64,000 nucleotides of DNA from Candidatus Gottesmanbacteria bacterium GW2011_GWA2_43_14 (GTDB lineage Bacteria > Patescibacteriota > Microgenomatia > 2-02-FULL-39-11), in contig LCFP01000003.1 of the NCBI GenBank assembly GCA_000999095.1, positions 93,437-157,436 of the forward strand, in the 5' to 3' direction. Positions 58,576-64,000 of this stretch are shown here, piece by piece (the stretch's first letter is position 1; each line of letters opens with the position of its first letter). A model generated the notes under the pieces. The model was not told the DNA's origin. It saw only the letters and a list, made by a program, of their open reading frames with translations, and ran no database searches. The translations under genes and the position numbers were made by a program.

Positions 58576-60501
58576 TTAGAGGGTGACGGCTCCGTTGAAG
58601 CTTCTGGTGACGACTGGCTTGCCGTCATAAATTATTGAGAGGTTGTCGATGGCTCCGGGAAAGGGAAAGACGGACAAACGTGAGGCGGATCCCAGGGCAA
58701 GGGACGGGTCTAGACTCTTTTCGCTTAAGTTTCCGTCAACAGAAAGGGAAAATTTATCATAAGACCGGCGTAAAGTGACTCTGTGCCAGTCGCTTTGATT
58801 TTTCCAACCCATTATTTCCCGGGCCAGGATTTCCGTTTTTTGCCCGTCATAGACTGACATCGTCAAAAAATCGATTGTTTTGGAGGTGCGTTTCTCCAGG
58901 CTGATTTTAACAGGAGGGTTTTCTCCCTGGGTAAATTCCAGTTCCAGCAAAAGGACGGGTTTGTCGTCGTCCGGCCAAAGCGGTTTGAGCCAAAAGTCCA
59001 GTTGGGTTTCCGCGGCTTCCATCCCGGGCAGCAGCAAAACCAGCGGTTCTGTCTGGCCGAGGAAGGAAAGGGCCAAATCCGCACCCCCTTCTACCCCCTG
59101 GATAAACTGGGCCAAGCCGCTTATCCTGGAAAGGGAGATGTGGACAACCGCATCGGGCAACAGAACGAAATTTTTGCTGATAGTGCCGTCCAGCGATGTT
59201 ATCAGGGAATTGGCATCGGTATCCCTGAGCACATCTTTTGCCTTCAGGCGGTAATATCCCGGTTCCAAGCCGCTTAAGATTACGGGTACATTCTCCAGAT
59301 TTTTTTCCGCCAGGTCGTAGTTGACCAGGAGAATGCCGATGTCACCGTTGTCCTTCTTTGCTGCCATTGCTTTAACAAAAGTGCCTTCCCCGGCGATTTT
59401 TAATTTTCTGCCGGAAATCCGCGAAAGGGTCATAAAAACACGGTAACGGCTTTTGACTTCCAGAGGATTGGTGCTTTTTTCATGCGTAATCAGGCCCCAT
59501 TTGCCGCCGTCAGGCGGCGGGCCGTCTTTGACTTCAAAATTGAAAACTGCTTCAGCCCTATTGCCCAATTGCGCTACAACTGCTGCCGCATGGGCTGCCG
59601 CCTTGTTGCCTTGGCTCATTTCATTTTTTTCCGAATCTATACCCCACTCGCTGATGACGAGGGGCAGAGACGAAAGATTGGGATAAAGGGAGAGGATTTC
59701 CCGTGTTTTTTCAAGGTCGCGGCGGAATACCAGGGGATCCTGGTGGTAACGGTGAAAGGAGTAGAAATCCAGGCGGGCTTTTCCTTCCGAAGCTATTTTT
59801 GCCATGGCTTCGATCCATTTGGGATAGTATGAGCCGACAGCCGGACCGCCGAAGTAAAAAGGATTGGCCCCGCTTACGGCTGCAGCGCCGCGGGCGGCGG
59901 AGATATAGAGATCAGCGTAGCTTTTAGAGCCGGCCGGTGTAAATTTGCCAAAACCGGGCAGTTCCGGTTCATTCCAGACTTCATAATAGACGCCGGCCAG
60001 ATTGCGGAAATCCTTTCCCGAGTAGTGCAGGACCGTTTCCTTAACCAGGTTTTCCCACAACAGCCAATCCGACGGTTTATCGATGACCGAACCTGTTGCG
60101 GTAAACTCAGCAGGCATATATGACAGGCTGAAAAAAGGTTTGGCGCCCATCTCCAGAATCCGGTCAACCGTTTCGTCTAAAAGGGTGAAATCGAAAACCA
60201 GCCCTTGAGCAGTTTTTTTGACCACCCGGTAGCGGTCATAAATGTGGTCGATCCTGATGTAGCGGGGGGAAAGCGGTTTCATAAGCCCGGTCACATTGTC
60301 AAACATGGGCGGCGGCTCTTCGCCGCCCTGGGCGAAATTGGCCCAGCTGTTTTTGATATCGCCGTCTGTGTTTTTTACATCGATTGCGATATTGGCGGGT
60401 ACGGAAGCGGCCCTGCCGATCAAAGACAAAACATCATCCGAGTATAAGAGAAGCAGGGGAATCAGGATAAACAAAACAAGAGGCAGCAGTTTTTTCAGCA
60501 T
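58576..60501 (-). CDS. Membrane-anchored GH39-like glycoside hydrolase with LamG/ConA-like C-terminal domain
   Basis: YEVWNEP, LDFYSFHRY, ISEWG; FWLKP.W...WHRV...VDG...IDNL. Confidence 0.8.
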   Translation of the reverse strand: MLKKLLPLVLFILIPLLLLYSDDVLSLIGRAASVPANIAIDVKNTDGDIKNSWANFAQGGEEPPPMFDNVTGLMKPLSPRYIRIDHIYDRYRVVKKTAQGLVFDFTLLDETVDRILEMGAKPFFSLSYMPAEFTATGSVIDKPSDWLLWENLVKETVLHYSGKDFRNLAGVYYEVWNEPELPGFGKFTPAGSKSYADLYISAARGAAAVSGANPFYFGGPAVGSYYPKWIEAMAKIASEGKARLDFYSFHRYHQDPLVFRRDLEKTREILSLYPNLSSLPLVISEWGIDSEKNEMSQGNKAAAHAAAVVAQLGNRAEAVFNFEVKDGPPPDGGKWGLITHEKSTNPLEVKSRYRVFMTLSRISGRKLKIAGEGTFVKAMAAKKDNGDIGILLVNYDLAEKNLENVPVILSGLEPGYYRLKAKDVLRDTDANSLITSLDGTISKNFVLLPDAVVHISLSRISGLAQFIQGVEGGADLALSFLGQTEPLVLLLPGMEAAETQLDFWLKPLWPDDDKPVLLLELEFTQGENPPVKISLEKRTSKTIDFLTMSVYDGQKTEILAREIMGWKNQSDWHRVTLRRSYDKFSLSVDGNLSEKSLDPSLALGSASRLSVFPFPGAIDNLSIIYDGKPVVTRSFNGAVTL

Positions 60502-60531
60502 TAATTTGATCTTAACAGGAATTTCCACGGC

Positions 60532-60568
60532 TTGACAAACCTTAGCAGTCATGATATCTTAGTGCTAA
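60532..60568 (+). promoter_or_regulatory. hrcA promoter with CIRCE operator
   Basis: TTGACA-17-TATCTT; TTAGCAGTC-N9-TAGTGCTAA at 60542-60568. Confidence 0.9.
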
Positions 60569-60573
60569 TTTGT

Positions 60574-61305
60574 ATGGTTGATCTTACCGACAGACAGCTC
60601 CATATCCTCAAGGTAATCATCGAGGAATATATTGATACTGCCATGCCGGTAGCCTCGGAGACTTTGGACAAAAAATACAACCTGGGCGTTTCCCCGGCTA
60701 CCATCCGCAATGAAATGGTCAGACTGACGACATCCGGTTATCTTAAACAGCCGCATACATCAGCCGGGCGAACCCCGACCCCTCTGGCTTTAAAATTCTA
60801 TGTCGATCGTTTAATGAAGCCCAAGGAATTGTCCGTATCGGACGAAGTTTCCGTCAAACAGAATATCTGGGACCACAGAAAGGAAATGGACGAGCTTTTG
60901 CGCGAAGCGACCAGAACTTTGGCTAAGCAGAGTAAAACCCTGTCCCTGGCAGCCACCGATGAGGGAGATTTTTTCACCTCCGGTATCGGCAATATTCTCG
61001 AGATGCCTGAATTTTACGACATAGACATCACCAAGCATCTTTTGGACACTTTGGATGAGGCCGAGTACTGGTGGAAAATACTTTCCGGCTATTCCGATCA
61101 GGATGAAAGCCTCTATATTCTGGTGGGTGAAGAGTTCGGGGGCAATCTCCTCAACAATTGCGGCGGCATCTTCGTCAGTTTCCGGTCTGCCGAACACAAA
61201 GGGGCTATCGGAGTTGTGGGGCCGACCAGGCTGAATTATTCCAGGCTGGTTCCGGTCGTGCGCTATATGGGCAGTCTCATCAATGATCTGGCCAAAAATC
61301 TGTAA
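60574..61305 (+). CDS. hrcA: Heat-inducible repressor HrcA (short form)
   Basis: LTDRQ..IL, SPATIRNEM, QPHTSAGR.PT, GVVGPTR.NY. Confidence 0.96.
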   Translation: MVDLTDRQLHILKVIIEEYIDTAMPVASETLDKKYNLGVSPATIRNEMVRLTTSGYLKQPHTSAGRTPTPLALKFYVDRLMKPKELSVSDEVSVKQNIWDHRKEMDELLREATRTLAKQSKTLSLAATDEGDFFTSGIGNILEMPEFYDIDITKHLLDTLDEAEYWWKILSGYSDQDESLYILVGEEFGGNLLNNCGGIFVSFRSAEHKGAIGVVGPTRLNYSRLVPVVRYMGSLINDLAKNL

Positions 61306-61745
61306 TGCAAATGAAGAAAGACGACATAAAAAAAGAAAATCTAAAGGAAGAGATTGAAAGCTGGAAAAATAAATATTTAAGAGCCCTGGCTGATTACCAG
61401 AACCTAGAGAGGCGAATCAGTGAAAACAGGCTGGAGGAAAGAAAACAGGCGGCTACTGAATTTGTTCTTAAATTTCTGCCTGTTTTGGACGATTTGCTGC
61501 ATGCTCAAAGGGATTTGGAGAACCCCGGCTTGAATCTTATCCTGAAAAAAGCCGATGACATTTTAAAATCGGAAAACATCGAAAAAATCGGGACCAAGGA
61601 TAAGGAATTTGATCCTCACCTGATGGAATGCGTGGAACTGGCAGAGAGTGAAGCGGACAACAGGGTTGTAAAAGAAGTCCGGCCGGGTTACCGCCGGGGA
61701 GATAAGATTTTGAGGGCTGCCCGGGTGGTCGTCGGACAGATCTGA
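61305..61745 (+). CDS. grpE: Nucleotide exchange factor GrpE
   Basis: [24 protein letters not shown].....LRAA.VVV. Confidence 0.95.
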   Translation: MQMKKDDIKKENLKEEIESWKNKYLRALADYQNLERRISENRLEERKQAATEFVLKFLPVLDDLLHAQRDLENPGLNLILKKADDILKSENIEKIGTKDKEFDPHLMECVELAESEADNRVVKEVRPGYRRGDKILRAARVVVGQI

Positions 61746-61780
61746 AAACAGCCGGTGTAAATGAAGCTCACCAGCAGCGA

Positions 61781-63607
61781 GGCCGAAACGTCATCCCGTC
61801 AGTTGTGGATCCCGTCAAACGGATCGTCGGTGACGTGGCCAAACGCCAGATGATCATCAATCCCAAATCGACTGTCTTTTCCATTAAACGCCTGATGGGC
61901 AGGAAATTCAACGACAAATCGGTCCAGAAGGACATGAAATGGCTGCCTTATACCATCAAGGCCGGACGCGACAACATGGCGGTTGTCGAGGTCGAAGGCA
62001 AAACTTATACGCCCCAGGAAATTTCCGCCCAGATTTTGCAGAAGATCAAAGCCGACGCGGAAAGCTATTTGGGTGATAAAGTCACCGAAGCAGTCATCAC
62101 CGTCCCGGCTTATTTTGACGATGCCCAAAGGCAGGCCACCAAACAGGCGGGCGAGATTGCCGGGCTGATCGTCAAAAGGATTATTAACGAGCCGACGGCG
62201 GCAGCTTTGGCATATGGTCTCGATAAAAAACATTCCCATACAGTAGCAGTTTACGATTTGGGAGGCGGCACTTTTGATATTTCCGTTTTGGAGCTTGGTG
62301 AAGGCGTTTATGAAGTCAAAGCCACCAACGGCGATACGCATCTTGGAGGAGACGACTTTGATCAGGTCATCCTGGATTATATTGCTGAGGAATTTAAGAA
62401 AGAACAGAATGTCGATCTCAGGAAAGACCCGCAGGCACTGCAGAGATTGAGGGATGCTGCCGAGAAAGCCAAGATAGAACTGTCGACCTCGATTGTGGCC
62501 GATATCAATCTGCCGTTTATCACCCAGGGTAAGGAAGGGCCTCTTCACCTGGTGCAGAAACTCACCAGGGCCAAGCTGGAAACAATTGTGGGGGAACTGA
62601 TTGATAAGACAATCCCTCCGGTTGAGGCCTGCCTGAAGGATGCCGGCATCGACAAAAGCAAAATCGATGAAATTGTTTTAGTCGGCGGCATGACCAGAAT
62701 GCCGAGAGTCCTTGCCAAAGTCAAGGAATTTTTCGGAAAAGAGCCGAATAAAAGCGTCAATCCTGATGAAGTGGTGGCCATAGGCGCGGCTGTCCAGGCC
62801 GGTGTTTTGACAGGTGAAGTCAAGGATGTGGTTTTGCTGGATGTTACGCCTTTGACTTTGGGCGTTGAGACGCTAGGCGGAGTTTCCACTCCATTGATTA
62901 CCAGGAATACGACCGTCCCGACGAGCAAAAGCGAAGTTTTCTCGACGGCTGCCGATAACCAGACTTCGGTCGAGATAAATATTCTGCAGGGAGAAAGGCC
63001 GATGGCGGCAGACAATAAATCATTGGGCCGCATTATTCTCGACGGCATCCCGCCGGCACCCAGGGGGGTGCCCCAGGTCGAAGTCAATTTTGACATAGAT
63101 GCCAACGGCATCCTCAATGTCTCGGCCAAGGACAAGGCGACCGGAAAAAGCCAAAGCATCAGGATCACTTCCTCGACAGGCCTGTCGCAGGATGAAATCG
63201 AAAAAATGACCAAGGAAGCGGAAGCCCACTCCAAAGAGGATCAGGAGAAAAAAGACAAAATTGAGACCCGCAACAAGGCAGACAATATGATTTATGTGGC
63301 GGAAAAATCCCTAAAGGACGCGGAAGGCAAAGTTGGTGATGACGTAAAAAAAGAGGTTGAGGAAAAAATCAGCGCCCTCAAAGGCATTCTGGAGAGCGGC
63401 GGTAAAGAAGAACTGGAAAGTAAAACCAAAGACCTTTCCGATTCGCTGTCGAAAATCGGCCAGGCCATGTACCAGGGCCAGCAAACTCAGCCTCCTTCGG
63501 CTGACCAGCCGCCTTCCGGAGATAATAAAGAGGACAAAAACGGGGAAAAGAAGAAAGGCAAGAAAAAAGACAAGGAAGATGTCCAGGAAGGCGAAGTAGT
63601 CTCGTAA
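61781..63607 (+). CDS. dnaK: Chaperone DnaK, 5-prime truncated in this sequence (possible pseudogene or assembly error)
   Basis: [33 protein letters not shown]. Homology begins at GRNVIPSVV (61781); no GIDLGTT motif or canonical start; in-frame stop at 61703. Confidence 0.85.
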   Translation, partial: GRNVIPSVVDPVKRIVGDVAKRQMIINPKSTVFSIKRLMGRKFNDKSVQKDMKWLPYTIKAGRDNMAVVEVEGKTYTPQEISAQILQKIKADAESYLGDKVTEAVITVPAYFDDAQRQATKQAGEIAGLIVKRIINEPTAAALAYGLDKKHSHTVAVYDLGGGTFDISVLELGEGVYEVKATNGDTHLGGDDFDQVILDYIAEEFKKEQNVDLRKDPQALQRLRDAAEKAKIELSTSIVADINLPFITQGKEGPLHLVQKLTRAKLETIVGELIDKTIPPVEACLKDAGIDKSKIDEIVLVGGMTRMPRVLAKVKEFFGKEPNKSVNPDEVVAIGAAVQAGVLTGEVKDVVLLDVTPLTLGVETLGGVSTPLITRNTTVPTSKSEVFSTAADNQTSVEINILQGERPMAADNKSLGRIILDGIPPAPRGVPQVEVNFDIDANGILNVSAKDKATGKSQSIRITSSTGLSQDEIEKMTKEAEAHSKEDQEKKDKIETRNKADNMIYVAEKSLKDAEGKVGDDVKKEVEEKISALKGILESGGKEELESKTKDLSDSLSKIGQAMYQGQQTQPPSADQPPSGDNKEDKNGEKKKGKKKDKEDVQEGEVVS

Positions 63608-64000
63608 TGGTACCAATCGGAAAAAAAATCAATCTCACGGCAGAACTGTTTGCCGTTTGCGATTATACATTGATCTCCCGGGACGGAAAAATCTCGATCA
63701 TCGGCATCTTTGACCGGATCGGGTCGGTTAATTTTCCGACCGTCCATCCGAAGATGGTTCTGGCGGCAGTACTGCGGGGAGAGAAAAACAGCAAGTTGAT
63801 AATTTCCCTTGAAGTGATCAGTCCTGCCGGAAGAGAAGTGCTAAAGGAGCAGAATAAAACCATCCAAATTCAATTAACGCTTAGTCCATTCGGAAAAGGC
63901 AACTTAATAATTGATTTAGTGACTTTCCGTTTTGATACCGAAGGGGAATACCGTTTCATCCTGAAACATGATAATAAAATTTTTGCCCAGACTTCCGTTA
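63607..64000 (+). CDS. Partial hypothetical protein (DUF6941-like), runs off the window end
   Basis: ATG overlaps the dnaK stop; CD......GKISIIGIFD.I....FP..HP...F..EGEY pattern; open to 64000. Confidence 0.65.
   Translation, partial: MVPIGKKINLTAELFAVCDYTLISRDGKISIIGIFDRIGSVNFPTVHPKMVLAAVLRGEKNSKLIISLEVISPAGREVLKEQNKTIQIQLTLSPFGKGNLIIDLVTFRFDTEGEYRFILKHDNKIFAQTSV

Noticed and set aside
61799-63234. 249-aa and 229-aa antisense ORFs over dnaK
   Set aside because: Well-known antisense shadow frames of hsp70 genes.

Overview
A gene-dense bacterial chromosomal window using standard code 11. It most likely comes from a Patescibacteria/CPR genome of the Microgenomates type. This is inferred from the short ValRS/MetRS/HrcA forms, the type IV pilus cluster, FemAB/LCP/VanW/GT-C envelope genes and promoters sitting very close to start codons. 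Core content is valS, metG, tsaD, dtd, tatD, tpiA, rpsT, murJ, groES-groEL, hrcA-grpE-dnaK (two CIRCE operators), two UvrD-family helicases, a split type IV pilus system and many glycosyltransferases. Accessory content is three PIN toxin-antitoxin pairs and a lexA-dinB mutagenesis cassette with a GAAC-N4-GTTC palindrome inside a consensus promoter. Three signals stand out. (1) An HUH/Y1 tyrosine transposase (RAYT-like, 52982-53656) is bracketed by two direct copies of a 33-bp tail-plus-hairpin repeat, with three more copies elsewhere, all on the + strand. (2) An orphan lipoprotein-receiver-domain gene (966-1865) is enclosed by a perfect 14-bp inverted repeat and wobble-rich hairpins, divergent from an ATPase-like probable regulator. 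(3) dnaK lacks its first ~30 codons. No rRNA, tRNA or CRISPR array was seen. All family calls come from motif recognition by eye; no database searches were run.
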